DNA of 64,000 bases from contig JAIVFI010000014.1 of the NCBI GenBank assembly GCA_025558095.1, forward strand, positions 434,001-498,000, in the 5' to 3' direction. The stretch comes from Hyaloraphidium curvatum SAG 235-1. Its lineage: Eukaryota; Fungi; Monoblepharomycota. The notes under the pieces are model-generated. The model made no database searches. It saw nothing but the letters and a program-made list of their open reading frames with translations, and was not told the origin of the DNA. The translations under genes were made by a program, and so were the position numbers. Shown here piece after piece: positions 46,297 through 58,682 of this stretch. Numbering within the stretch: the stretch's first letter is position 1; each line of letters begins with the position of its first letter.

Positions 46297-46479
46297 CGGG
46301 TCGGGAGGCCAAAGGAGTAGAGAGAGCAGCAGTGTGTCGTCGGGGTGGAGCGTGGAACCGAAGGCGCGACAGGTCGCGCGAAACCGTCAGCGGTCTGGTT
46401 CCGCGAACGCCGACACGGCGGAGTAAGACGAACCGAAAAGAAGACGGAATGGAGACCACTCCTTGCAGAAACGGATCGG

Positions 46480-46625
46480 CACAACCTTGTGCGCATTCCC
46501 TCGAAAGCCTCGCCAGATTCCTCGACGAAGTCAAAATCGTGTCCTTTCGTAGCCGTACCCCGGATGCTTGGATCGCCGATCTGATGGCAGAAAGACGTTC
46601 CGGTTCTAGAGCTTTGCACACGGCC
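46480..46625 (-). pseudogene. Remnant of a paralogue of the C-terminus of the F-box-like gene
   Basis: LCKALEPERLSAIRSAIQASGVRLR compared with LCKSSEAERLSAIKSAIEASGLRLR at ~45250-45320. Confidence 0.65.
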
Positions 46626-46712
46626 AGAGCGGCGTCGCTGACCTGCGCCCCCGGAGAGGAGAAGATGCCTCGTCAATCCGGACCGGAATCCGGTTAGCTT
46701 CCATCGAAGGCT

Positions 46713-47953
46713 TCACCTCCCGGCCTTGTTGCGCGGGACGCAGTCCTTCTTGTGCTCCGCCCAGTGCACACGCTGGCAATCGGTGCCGCAGTACCTCGCC
46801 GCCCCGCAGCGCCCGCACCGCTTGAGCTGCACCTCCCCCTGGGCCCGCCCGCACCGATCGCAAATGTCGGCGTTGGGGGGTGATGCTGGCGAGGTCGTGC
46901 CGGTTCCATAAGAACGTCGGGTCGTCGTCCTGCTCTTGGTTCGGCCCGGGCGCGATGGCTTCGTCGACCGAGCTCACAATCCGCGAAAATCTCCCGAAGC
47001 TCTCCGCGAAGCCGTCCACGCGAGCAAGCGGAATCGCTTGCACCAGCTGCTTCGCCATCTCCTGCATGAGGAAGAACGGCACGCCGAGGAGCCCGCTGGC
47101 TCCCGGTCCACGGTTTCGTACGGCCTCCACAACGTGGCGCTTCCAAGGGTTCGGCCGCTCCAGCACCACCGCCATGATGCGGTCCCACCAACGGCTTGCG
47201 AAGTCGAGAGCGAATTTGATGGTCTCGTTTGAGGCTTCCTCAGGCCACCGCTCCGTCGACAGCAAGGCGAGGAGAACTGGATTGGAAACAGCGCAGCTGG
47301 CCATGAAATCGAGCAGCTCCGTGTCCTCCGCCAGACGGCGCCGCAGCGGCGCCGAATGCACCACGCTGAACCACAATGACATGGGTGGCCCGGAAGGTGG
47401 CAAGCCCAACGAGCTCCGCGAAAGGCACGATCTGGAAGCTGCGGAGAGCGCCGTGGTCGCGGACGATCACGAGGTTCGTCAACTGGTCCATGGTGGGAAA
47501 GTGCCACATCGTTCTCGGCGCAGGATCCAGGTAGACTTCCATGAACCGGCGCCCCGGGGCGACGACGCGGTGGAAGATGCGGCCGTTGATGCGCTGCGCC
47601 AGATCAGGGGGCGGCCCCCCCTCACCCACTTGGCCGCCGACGAAGAACTGGCGCAGCTGGGCGTGTTGCCCAGGCTCGGGGGAAGCGGAGTCCCCGCTAG
47701 TTGGGGAGGCTTCCGCGGTATCGTCCCTGACCGGACCGCAAACGAGGACGCAAGCATCGTCGAGCCTTTCCAAGGCGACTCCAGCGCGCTCCTTTGCTGG
47801 CGCCGACGAAATCTCCCAAGCGTCGTCGGGTCCGCCGAGGAGCGGGCCGGCGCGGATCGCGGCAAACAGCGCCTCGGACGCTTCCTCCGCGGCACCGAGC
47901 CGCCGCTCGAGCTCGGCCAGGAACGCGGACTCGTCGAAGGAGTCCCAGGACAT
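46713..47953 (-). CDS. MYND zinc-finger protein with apparent frameshifts (pseudogene or assembly error)
   Basis: C-terminal CDRCGRAQGEVQLKRCGRCGAARYCGTDCQRVHWAEHKKDC. The reading frame changes near 47400 and at the G-run at ~46876. Confidence 0.7.
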
Positions 47954-48177
47954 CGTACGGCGGGGCGGTACACGCGGGTTTCGTGGGCGTTCGTTGGAAG
48001 CGGAGGGTGACGCAGCGGTTCCGTCGCGGGGTAACGCGCCCTCCGTCCCATCCAGAATCCGCCCTCGTCACCCACGTCTCCGGACCCGTCTCCGCCTTCT
48101 GACCCCGCATCACGCGTCATGCCCTCCTGACTCCCTTTTGGCCCGTCCCTAGCCTCGCCAACGGCGCCCAACCCGCA

Positions 48178-49502
48178 ATGCCCCCCGCCGACCCGCCTCC
48201 CCCGCGCCCCCCGAAATGCCCGCGCTGCGCGTCCCTCCGCCTCCCGTGCCGCCCGCCCTCCCCCTGCCCGCCGTGCCGCGCCGCCGGACTGCCGTGCCGC
48301 ATCCCCGAACGGAAGGCGCCGGCGCCGCGGAGGGAGACGGCGGGGGAGTTCGGTGCGGCGTGGAAGGTGCGGGAGATGGGGACGGGGAACCTGAAGGAGG
48401 CGGCTAGGAGGGCGGAGGGGGGGGAGGGGTGGTGGTTGGAGAGGAGGAAGGGGAAGAAGGGGAAGGGGAGGGGCGGGGAGGGCAACGAGGAAGGCGAGGG
48501 CCAGGCAAAGGACGAAGAGGCGGACTCGGACGCGTCCGGGGAGGCAGAGGAGCGCACGGAGCAGGAAGACGACGCAGAGGACCCGCCTGCCGCGCAGGGA
48601 CGGAAGCGCAAGCGCTCCGCGACGCCCCCGCGCCGGCTGGCCGCCAAGGACCGCGCCAAGTTCCTTTCCACCATCCTGGACCCGCTACCTTCCCCTCCCC
48701 TGCTCCCGACTTCGGTGCCAGCCACACCCGGCGGTGCGGAGAACGCGCCCGAGCCGCCGCTGTTTGTGTGCAGCGCTCCGGACGCGGTCGACTACGACAC
48801 CACCCGCCCCGGCGGCCGCTCGCCCTCCCTCTCTGACAACGACGCCCTCCTTCCCCCGCCGCAGGACGACCGCTTCGCCCTCCCCCCTTCCGTAAGCTCC
48901 CTTCACCCCCAACTCTATTCCGCTGACCCCCTTTCGCAGTCCCTCCTCGACGCCCTGCACCTCCTCCTCTCGCACCGCGCCTCCCTCCTCCCCCCCGCCG
49001 AGCGCGCGCGCGCCCTTGGCGCATTGGACTCGGGGGCGCTGCTGGCGTTCGGGATGCTGGTGCAGGAGCAGGCGCGGGGGTTGAGGGAGGGGCATGCTTG
49101 TGGGTGTTTTCGCGGGCGGTCGGGGTGCGTGTGGAAGCTGATTCGCGTTGTTGGTGTGGGGCAGATGGGAGGGTGGATGTCGAGGAGGCGAGGGAACGGG
49201 GGCCGGGGAATCCGTACCGGGCCGAGCCAAAGGGGAAGAAGGGCAAAGGGAAGCGGAAGCGCGGGGGTGCTTCCGAGGGCGGGGAAGGGGGAGCTTCCGG
49301 GCAAGAGGATGCGGATGAGGGTGGTGGCGGTGGAGAGGGCGTGGACGAAGGGGCGGACGACGCGGAAGGGAACGCGAGCGGGACGGGGAGCGTGGCGGCC
49401 GGCGATCGTGCCGCGCGCGGCTCGCCGTCCTCCCCGTCCTCGCCTTCGGACGACTCTTCACCATCCTCTGATGACGAGGACTCGGCTTCGGACTCGGAGT
49501 AG
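48178..49502 (+). CDS. Zn(II)2Cys6-like N-terminus fused to an RRN10-like (Pol I UAF) motif, with an acidic tail
   Basis: CPRCASLRLPC...CPPCRAAGLPC. SQSLLDALHLLLS...LDSGALLAFGMLVQE resembles the Rrn10 SDLLKA.H...DE.ALLA.GIL.EE pattern. Intron at ~49100-49164. Confidence 0.5.
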
Positions 49503-49771
49503 TGCTGTTCGAAGGTGGTTGGAGCGCCTCCAGGGGCTTCCGACCACGCGGCGGTCGGAGGGCGGATTCCGGGACGAATCGCGGCGGATCGCGGGCGCGA
49601 TGGCCCCGGATCTGATGTATGGATGCTGCTGATGGATGTCATGGTCGTGGATCGGGCGTCCCGAGCCGTTTGAGCTGCAGGATTTGGACCAACCGAGGGA
49701 TCCCCGCGTGACCTCCCTCACCCCGCGGTGGTGGCGGGTTCTCAACTTCTTCTCCCTAGCCAAAGAGGAAG

Positions 49772-50353
49772 ATGTCGGACGACCCGGCTGCTGTCCACGC
49801 CGCTTTCAAGACAGCTGCTGCGAACCTCACTCAGCTCTATGTCAGCAGCCTTCGCTCGACCCGCGCTGCGCGGTCCGCGGGGTTCGCCGACGCGGTGTCC
49901 GAGGTCGCGCAGCTGGCCGAACGCGCGCGGGCCGACGGGCGCGGCGGCCCCTTTGCCGAAGAGCTGCTGAACTGGTGCCGCGCAAAGCTGGCCGAGGCGG
50001 ACGGGGCCGGGGCGCAGGCGGGGAACCAACCGGCGATGGACACGGGGACCGGGGCCGCCCACACCGCGGACCCCGCCTCGGACCCGGCCTCGGAGGACTC
50101 GGCGGACCAGCACGTGCACACGCCGCCGTTTGCTTTCCCGTTCCCCGCCGCGCCGCCAAAGCGCCGCCGACCAGAGACGCCGACGGACCCGGGGTTCGCC
50201 CCCTTGGCGCTGCTCCCGCGGGGGTTCGCCTTCCCGGACGGGCAGACGCCGGACGGGAAGAGGAGGAGGCGCAACGGCGCAGACCCGAGGGCAGATTGGG
50301 CGGGGGATCTGGTGGAATGGGACGGGGAGGACGGGGACGGGATGGCGATGTGA
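49772..50353 (+). CDS. HAPSTR1/C16orf72 (UPF0472)-like protein
   Basis: AFKTAAANLTQLYVSS...ARSAGFADAVSEV...EELLNW matches the family N-terminal pattern. Basic C-terminal NLS-like KRRR. Confidence 0.6.
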   Translation: MSDDPAAVHAAFKTAAANLTQLYVSSLRSTRAARSAGFADAVSEVAQLAERARADGRGGPFAEELLNWCRAKLAEADGAGAQAGNQPAMDTGTGAAHTADPASDPASEDSADQHVHTPPFAFPFPAAPPKRRRPETPTDPGFAPLALLPRGFAFPDGQTPDGKRRRRNGADPRADWAGDLVEWDGEDGDGMAM

Positions 50354-50481
50354 GGCGTCACGTCGGATGGTCTTTTGGGGACTTTCTCTTCTTCTTGCTA
50401 GAGCATGGTGCTGATGGATCTGCGGCCGGGATGGGCACGGACGGGCGGGTGGCCCGTCGAAGGGCTGGGCGGCGGAATCGG

Positions 50482-52395
50482 AGCTCGCTCCGTGCTGCGC
50501 ACACCTCTTCCCCAGCTCTCTCCGGCGGATCCTATCGGGCGCACCTCGCACCCGCGCATTGCAGCAGCGCGCCCCTGCGTCTGCTAGCAGCGGGAGATGC
50601 CTCTGCGTCGTTGCCGCCCGCCCTTCCATCGAGCTGTTCCCTCTGATGACGTGGGAGCCTCGTAGAACTTCGGCGTCAGGGGACTTTTGGAGGCTTTGGA
50701 ACGAGCCCAATTGGCGGCCAGACGGGACGGCTGTAGATAGCGCAGATACCTCGTGTTCCGCGGCCGCGCGGCCGGCACCAACGCAATGGACCACAGCCAC
50801 ATTCTCTGTTGTTCGTGCAGTCTATTCGTCATAAGTGTGAGACCACGTCGAATCGTAAACGGCATTCTCCGCGGCAGCTCCGTCGTTGTCCATCTCCGGT
50901 CCCGCTATTGACGTTCCCAATCCCAGTCCCAATCCCGCCTGTGATAGGTAGTGCTGCGGGACCATTCCCGCATCCGGGAACCAGTTCGTATCAGACGGGG
51001 AGCCAGCCGCCGGGCCGGTCTGCACCGGCGGATCGGAGCCGGGTCTGAACATCGCGGTGGACGGCCCGGCCCCGGCGGCCAAATGCGCAAATTGTGACTC
51101 AAATCCGGGTGCCGAAAAGGAGGCCGCCGCAGAAGCAAAATGAGCGCGAATGTCGGAGCGTGCCCGCCGCAGCGCCAGCTCGTGCAGCGCAAAGCGCTGC
51201 TCCCATACCTCGTGGGAGGGGATCGAAAAGTACGCGCTCTCGATATTGTGCTGCTCCATCTCCGGGAAGTAATCTGCCACGAGCACCCGGAGGCGCTGCT
51301 CATCGACGGGCCGCCCCGGTGATGGTGAGATTACGCCGTCCGGCGGCTCGCCGATCTGGGGAACCAAACCAAGTCCGCCCCCTGCAGAGATCGGCGAGTT
51401 CATAGGCAGCCCAGGCAGCGCAAAGGCTGGCTGCCCTTCCACAGTGTGCAGGGCATGGGAGCTGCCATGGGAGCCGGGCCTGTTGAAGCGGGAGATCGAG
51501 TCCACCGGCGCCGAGCCGACCGACGACCGCGATGACGCTCTCGAGCGGCTCCGTTTCAGAGAGCCGCCCGAGGTCGAGGAACCGCGGGAGGAGGTGCGGC
51601 TTTGCGAGCCCCGAGCCGATACGGCGTCCTGCCTGTCTTCATTGTTCTCTTGCCCGCCCAACAGGCGTTCGAAATGATTGCGCCGGTCCAGCACAACCCT
51701 TTGCACTTCGTTCTCAGTAACCTCACTCGGCTTGTCAGGGAAGGCATCGAGGAGGGCGGTCCTCCATTTCTCCTTGTTCCTCCCATGCTTCTTCGTCTCT
51801 TCAATGTGATACTTTACGTTCCCGCCATCCACTGCAAAGGTACATGTGTCACGACTTCCCGTGTACCGAACAGCAGAAAATCACTTGCATTTCGGCAGCG
51901 CTGGCGGCATTTTGTTGGGGCAGAAGATGTCCCAGAGGAGAGGTGTCCTGTCTTCCCCGCCGGGGAAAGGGACGTAGTCGTTCTTGTAACGCTTGAGCAT
52001 CTTCGGTTGTACGTTGAACGTCTCCACGTTGCGCGGACGCCTCAGATCAGCGGCCAGGCCGGGGCGGAGCGCGGCGGTGGCTGCCAGCACCAGCTTCGCA
52101 AGCGCGCCGTCGTTGTGGACGTTGAATACTAGATCACCGGATCCCAGCGACGACGTGTCCAACGCCGGATCGGGGTCTCGCTCGTCCTGAGAGAAGCGCT
52201 CAATGAAGCCGTTGTCATCGTCACTCTTCGCCTCCTCCGGCCCGGCCTGACCCGCGCTCGTCAGGAGTAATACCAGTTCACGGTCGAGCTCTTCCTGGGA
52301 CGTGTCCATCTTCCCGTTCGGCAAGCGTCGGTCTTTCGCCCGACGACAGCCGCAGCGGTCCGCAAGCGCGACGGGAGCGGCGCGATGCAGGGACG
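50482..52395. repeat. Duplicated block A, copy 1 (paralogous to ~59850-61665)
   Basis: Shared sequence begins at AGCTCGCTCCG..GCTCTCTCCGGCGGATCC and continues through the paralogous gene and its upstream GACGGGAGCGGCGCGATGC motif. Confidence 0.88.
50822..52309 (-). CDS. Unknown protein, paralogue A1 (one intron at ~51835-51888, possibly GC-AG)
   Basis: ND.ALA.LVL..TA.LRP.LAA.LR.PR...RYKNDYV.FP...WDIFCPNK and KWRTAL.D.FPD.PSEVTENEVQRVVLDRRNHFERLLGG are shared with A2. Confidence 0.65.
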
Positions 52396-54041
52396 GGGGC
52401 TGTCGGGATGGCGCTCGACGATAGCCAGCCGATCGAAGTGTCCCAGCCAGGGCGGGCCTCCAACGTTCCCCTCCTCGCCGCTGCGTCATTGGCTTGATCA
52501 TCAACTATTTCTGCGCGGATTCCTTCTCTGACGCACGATATGCTCGATGTTGCATTACGAATTCACATTGAACATGAAGCCAATACACGAAGCCGAGGAA
52601 GTGAGAGCAGTGTCACCACATCATAAAATCAGTGCATCGCCCTGAGGAAGTTAGAAACCGAATGCCCGGATCGTGTCCGGGTCGATTCCGAACTCCTCCA
52701 ACGTTGCTCTGCAGGACGAGGACGGCGGTCAGTCATGGGTGAACGCCCACCATTTAGCGCACGCACGTAGGGGAGCCATCACAGTCGTCGATAAGTTTGA
52801 TAACGTCCGTTGAAAGGCCGACGACATCTCCGAGGTGGTCTTCACCCAGGTCATCGCCTCCGCAGTCATCATCCCCGGAGTCATCATCTCCGAGATCTTC
52901 CCCGAGTTCAGCGTGCGAGCCGGTGTCCCCCGACGACATGGCATCGGCCTCCTCTTCCGACCCATCGTCGCCGGCAATGTCGGGCGAAGGAGGCGCCTGT
53001 GCTTGGATACTGCCGAAGTTGGGGCCGTAGCGGCCGAACAAGCCTGGTGTCCCATCAAGATCGAACCGAGTCTGGCACCCTGGGCCGGTGGCGGCCGATG
53101 GCAGTATCGACATTGGGTTGATACCCTCACCTACAAAGGGGTTCAATGATCAGATCCGAGCCACGAGCTGTCGAGCTGTTGCGCTGCTTACTCTCTCGCG
53201 GCCCTAAGCTGTCGGCAGGGTTCCACGGCAACGGGGATAAAGACAGTGCCTCACCATGATCGCAAAAATATGCAGAATCGCCTGCCGGCGGAGTTAGTGT
53301 GAGAGCGTTCGACACCCAGGGCAATCAGGCCCACCTTCGCGCTGCTCCGATTCCTTGGTGTCGTCCCAACGCACAAAATCTCCCACGTTAGATGCCTGCT
53401 GCGACACGGGCTCCGGATCCCAAGCTGCTGGCAAGGCGTCACTGCGCATGGACCGAGCCAGTATCTCATCGAGATCGAGCTGAGCTGCTTCCACCGTATC
53501 AGACGGCCCGCCTCCGACGGCGTGGGTCGCGCCGGTCCCAGTGAGCGGAGCGGCGAAAGAACGCTGTCTCCGAGGGGACGGCTGCGCGGGCGGCGGGCGA
53601 ACGGCGAGTGGTGGGATGCCGTTGGCGTCAACCACCGCGGGAATCAGAGAAGCGGAGACGCGCGCCGTCGTGGCGAAGGGCGACTGCTGCTGGTAAAACC
53701 CGACAGGGTACAAATTCGCGGCCGAGATGTGTTGCCCTTGCTGCGCAGGCTGCGATGGTGCGGGAGGGTTTGCGAGAGGGTTGACGCTGTTTCTGCCCGC
53801 CGCAGAAATTGCTTGGGAGATCGCAAGGACGAGCACTTGCTGGAGGTCGGGATCGCCCACTGGATTGGAGCGCCGCTCACTCCAGATCGCGAACGTGAAG
53901 GCGGCTAGGTTGGGGATCTGGAAGGTACGGCCCACGATCTCGAGCGCGGCAGCGAGCTGGCCCCTCTGGATCGGGTGCTGTGGCATTGCCGAGTTGACTT
54001 GGCCGAAGGACTCGCCTACAGAATTGTTCAGTGCCCGAGTT

Positions 54042-56420
54042 TTAGGCGCCGGAAGCAACTGCCCAACCTTCCCACGTGGCGCCGGATGGTCCGGCCGCAG
54101 ATGCGGGGCCCGCGTCGAACCGGGCAAATGTGTCGGCCGAGAGGTGATTATGCCCTTGAAGCACAGGCCGCGCGGATGAAAAGGTGCGGAAGTTGTTGGT
54201 GGCGCCAGTGTTGTCAGTGATGTCGAAGATGGCGTGCCCCGTCTCGCAGATCGGAGAGGCGAGCCCGTCCGCCCCCGCCGCAGCGGACGCCTGCTGCTCG
54301 TAGCCCGGAATGCCGACAGAGTATGAGAGCGAGTAATCGATCTGGTTAGGTCCCAGGCGGGCGCTGGGCGAGCCGAACGAGACGTTCCGAAGGAACTGCG
54401 ACTCAAACTGAACGTGAACCCGGCCGGGGACCCGGTTGCCGAACGTCGAAGAGTTGAACTCGGGTGCGGAGGCGAGCTCCATCTGCTGCTGTACAGCAAA
54501 ACCGGGAACGCGCTGCCGATGACGATCAGCGACGGGATCGGGTCGCGGGCGGCCACAGTACCTGGGGCGCGACCCCGGACGCCGGGGTAGGAGAGTCCGC
54601 ACGGAAACTCCCGTCCAAAGCGAAGAACTCTGCGGGATTTGCCGCGAGATCGGCCAACGGGCCGGGCTTCGCCGCCTGGGTCTTGGCCGGCGGCCCCAAT
54701 GCGCGCCTTTTGCCGGAGGCGGGCCCGGCCTCGTGCGCGGCAGGCTCGGATCGGGCTTGCTTCCTCTTTCGGGGTTGCCATTCAGTATCTGTTGGGTTCC
54801 GAGATGAGCAGGGGCCACGAACGGCATTCCAGAAGCATGCTGACCCTCCGAGCCGTCGTGGTCTTCGGCCGCGGCTTGATCGTCGTTGGGCTGATCGACC
54901 TCGTCTGCACGCGTTCCAGTCAGGCCAGGCCATCTTGCGAGCAGACCTTCTTCCGAAGACTCACGGAATGCTCGCTTGGATTGAGAAGTGGAGCGGCGGG
55001 CAGGAGCTTCGGGATGCTTCGTCAGCGGTATCCGGTGCCGGTTCTGGCCGGCTTTACCATTCCCCTCCTCCTCAGTGTGCTTCTTCTTCCAGTGGGCCAC
55101 GAGGTTTGCCTGCGTGGAGACTTCCAGCTCGCACTTGGAGCATTTCAGGTGGTTGCGGCCGCAGTGCTCGGCGCCGCTGAGGTGGCACCTGATGTTGGCC
55201 GGGTTACCAAGGAGGCCTCGAGCGTACTTGTGGTCCCCGGCCTTGGAGGCCCGAGGGTTGGGTTGCAGTTCGGGGTTGCACAAAAGGCACTGCTGCGGGT
55301 TCGGCGGCGTGAATGGGCACCAGTCGCCAACCGCGTCTTTGTGCCCGTCTTCGGCTTTCGCGTTCGTCCCCGGCAGCGGATCGGGCTTGGTGCAGGGAAT
55401 CCTGTGCAGCCTTTGCTCGGGTGATCAGAACGGCGGGAACCCTCGGGAAAATGCAGCAGCCCCTCACTCACCGTTCGTGGTGCTCGCCGTAGTGCCTAGA
55501 GAGCTCGCAACCAGAGTCCTCAATTAGCTGGTTGTTGTCGGCACGGTGGACTGTCGCTTTTGCGCCCTTCAAGACGACGTAAGCTTCTACGGGAGCCATC
55601 CCCTGGCACCCCTTGAGGGCCTCCATGCAGCCCGCGCATCCATTCTCCTTCGGGCATTTCGCGGGGAGCCGCCCAAATGCGGTCGCGGAGAGGATGGAAC
55701 TGTCCAAAGCCGAATCAGAAGCCGGTCCGCCCTCAGGTGCGGCCGATTCCTGCGAGGCGTGGGCAGAGCTCCCAGCACGCGGCGTTGCAAGCAAAAACGG
55801 GTCGGCCCGCTGCCGGGACACCGTCCCGTGGAATGGTCCGGCTTGACCTGGGCCGAGGAGAGGTCAGCAAGAGAACCCGCGCCCTAAGGATCGCCTCGCA
55901 TCACCTGATACAGAGCCGACGTTGAAGGGCCTTGTGGCCTGGTGCCTGGTCTGCTGATCAGCCGCGTTCAGCGCGCCGACTGGTTCATAGAACGACCCGC
56001 GCGGGCTGTTCTCCGTGGGCGGAGCGGGCCGCCCGACCGGGCCTCCTCCCGGGAAAACATGGTCTCTCGGTACTTGGGCGGGCATCTGCGGGGTTTGGAA
56101 GTCCACAAGGGGCGCCGCTGCGGCGAGGCCCGGGTCAGGCGGCGGGAAGGCGACATGCCGCGACGGGGCTCACCGAGCAAGCCTGGCCCTGCGCTAGCGT
56201 GGGCATGGGGTCCGTCGTCGATGTGCATCCGGTCGCCCGAGGATCCGTCTGGGCGGGCGATGAGCTCGGGCGCGCGCTGGCCGCGGTCGGTGTTCTGCTC
56301 CACGCGAGCCTTGACCAGCGGCCTGCGCGCGCGGTTCGCGGCGTCCTCCGCGGCCTCGAACGGGAACCCTCCGGACGGGGCGGCTTCGTCCTCGTCGCTG
56401 GGCGTTCCGGGCGGCCACAT
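54042..56420 (-). CDS. C2H2-type zinc-finger protein (multi-exon; both ends uncertain)
   Basis: CLLC...RCHLSGAEH and HLKCSKCELEVSTQANLVAHWKKKH. GTGAGT donor at ~55471. Confidence 0.5.
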
Positions 56421-56439
56421 TTTGATTGATGCTCGGCGG

Positions 56440-57307
56440 CGCGGTCGCCGCCCCTGCGGGCATTAGTCCCTCGCCAGAAAGTGACTTTCCGAAGTCACTT
56501 CCGCCGAGCCGATCTCAACGGGGCGGCTTTCCCGGGACGGCCGCCCCTCGCCGGCCATCGAGGCGTCCGATCGGTCCATTCTAGCGAAGATGGCAGCGTC
56601 TCCGGCCCGCCGGGAACGCGCGGGGGGGCTCGGAGGCCCGCGGACCCCGGCGGGGCCGCGCGGCGCGCCCCACGCGGCGGGAACGCGCGGCCGCCGGCAT
56701 CGCCCGCCGACGCGGCCGATCGCGAGGCAAAGACGGCAGAGCGGGGCCGAACACGGTGGAAGCGGCGGGATGCATGGTTTGCCGGCGTGGGCCGCCGACG
56801 GTTGTTTGGGCGCGAGTGGTAGTGTGCGATCATGCATTGAGACGCGAGCGCACCTTGGAGCGCGCCCCGTCCAATCGCCACCCGCCCGGCGGCAGCACCG
56901 CCGCCGCGAGTCCGCTGCACGCGGCGGCAGCTGCGGATGCCGATCCACGCGATGCTCGCCGGGATTCGGTGCCGGACCGGGGCGGGGGTCCTTGAAACCT
57001 TGAGACCGTTGAGACGGCCCGGATTGGCCCGGATTCCGGCTCGGAGCCCTCCCTTCCCAGCCACAAGGACCAGACGAACACTGCGTTAGGCCGCCTCTGC
57101 AACGCATTCAAGCCGAGCCATGGGCAACCCGTTCTCCAAGCCCGCCAGCGACGTCCGCGACGGCATGCGCGGCGCCGGCAGCGAGGCCGCCGGCATCCTC
57201 GCGCCCGAAATCCGCGGCGCCGTATCCACCTTGGCCGCCGCCATGCGGGACGGCTTCGCCGCCCTCACAAGCTTCAGCACCGTTCTCGCCAAGATGGGCG
57301 GTGACGC
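56440..57307. repeat. Duplicated block B, copy 1 (near-identical to 63135-64000)
   Basis: From CATTAGTCCCTCGCCAGAA onward the copies differ by scattered substitutions and indels. The coding part (57120 onward) appears identical up to the window end. Confidence 0.95.
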
Positions 57308-57991
57308 GGCGAAAGTGCTGGGCAAGTCGGCGGTCCGCACCGGAGACGTCGTCGGCGGACACATGGTAGAGGCCGTGAAGGAGGGGAGCAAGCAGCTCAA
57401 GTCCGCCTCCAAGCATGTCGGGCGCGCCGCCAAGGGAGCCGCGGACATTACGGGAAAGCATCTCAAGTCCGCCACCAAGGAGGGTTGCCGCGCCGTCACG
57501 GCAGCCGCGGACACTGTGCACCGCGCGACGGTCAAGATGTGCGAAACAGTAGACCGGCAGGCGTATGCTTTGCTGACCCTGGGCTACTGGATGCATGTCT
57601 CGTCCGAAGGTACGGCTGCCGCCGTCTCCGCGCACCGCCGAACGGGACCGAAACCCGCTTCATCCTTGCAGCTTGGCGGCGCACCTTCATTTTCTGCATC
57701 ATCGCCGTCTGCACCGCGACCGTCCTCTGCTGCTGGCTCCTGGCCCCCCCGGCCACGGCGATGATCTTTGCCGAGGCCTTCCGCCACGCCCTTGACCGCC
57801 CCTGGCACCCCCTCGCCAGCCCTCTGCACGCAGTCGTGTGGGTCCTGGGCGGGCTAGTCGCCGCCGACCAGGTGCGGCGGCACGCGGCGATCCTTCCGGT
57901 CCCGGGCCGTGCCCAGGATGCCATCGCCCACGAGTACGAGCCGGCCATCGCCCCGCGCAGGCGAGCCGCCAAGTCCATCGCCTACGAGTGA
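57120..57991 (+). CDS. Putative N-myristoylated protein with 11-mer amphipathic repeats and C-terminal hydrophobic segments
   Basis: Starts MGNPFS. Repeats SKQLKSASKHV/GRAAKGAADIT/GKHLKSATKEG/CRAVTAAADTV. Intron 57610-57671 (GTACGG..TTGCAG) joins these to FIFCIIAVCTATVLCCWLL. Confidence 0.6.
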
Positions 57992-58682
57992 GACTGAGGA
58001 GTCGGAGGTGCTCAACATGTCGCGCACCGTGGCTCGTAGGCTAACGCTCCGCTTCCCACCAGGTGGCCGGGAAGGGCGATCGCACACGACCGCGGCGAGA
58101 AGCCGGATCAGACGGCGATGAAGTGGTCAAGAAGCGGCGCCCCTAGGGGAAGTAGCAGGTGTTTGCGTGAATGAGGTATGAACGTATAAAGTTCTTCTCC
58201 CGTTCGCGAGCTGGTCCAGTCCGAGTTTCGGAAGCAGCAGAAAGGAGGGGCAGCGGGTCTGATACCGGGTGTTCGCCGATGCGGCGGCCGGCGAGGTCGA
58301 AGATCTCATCCAGGCTGCTGCTGGCCGCAGTGCTGGCGGACGGTATAGTGGCAACGTTGCGATCGGGGGTCTTGGGCGGCGTCACCAGGAAGGGGGCGAG
58401 GACTGACGATGCGCCCGACGCTTCACCGGATGGGCCGGCGTGTGCGGCCTCGGAGCCTGAAGCGCTGTTCTCTGCACTTTGCCTTTTGGATACCGGGCTT
58501 GCTGGGAGGCTCGTCCGCAGAACGCTTGGGCGGAGTGAGTCGCCGTCTCGGCGGGGCGCCTCGGCGGAACTGGCTCGTCTGCCCGCGTTGTCAGCAAGCG
58601 CAGTAGCTGCATGAAGGCATCCGCGCTCACCTATCTCCACCAAGCGAGTAATAAGGTGCGCGACGGTGCCCTTCAGGGGCAA

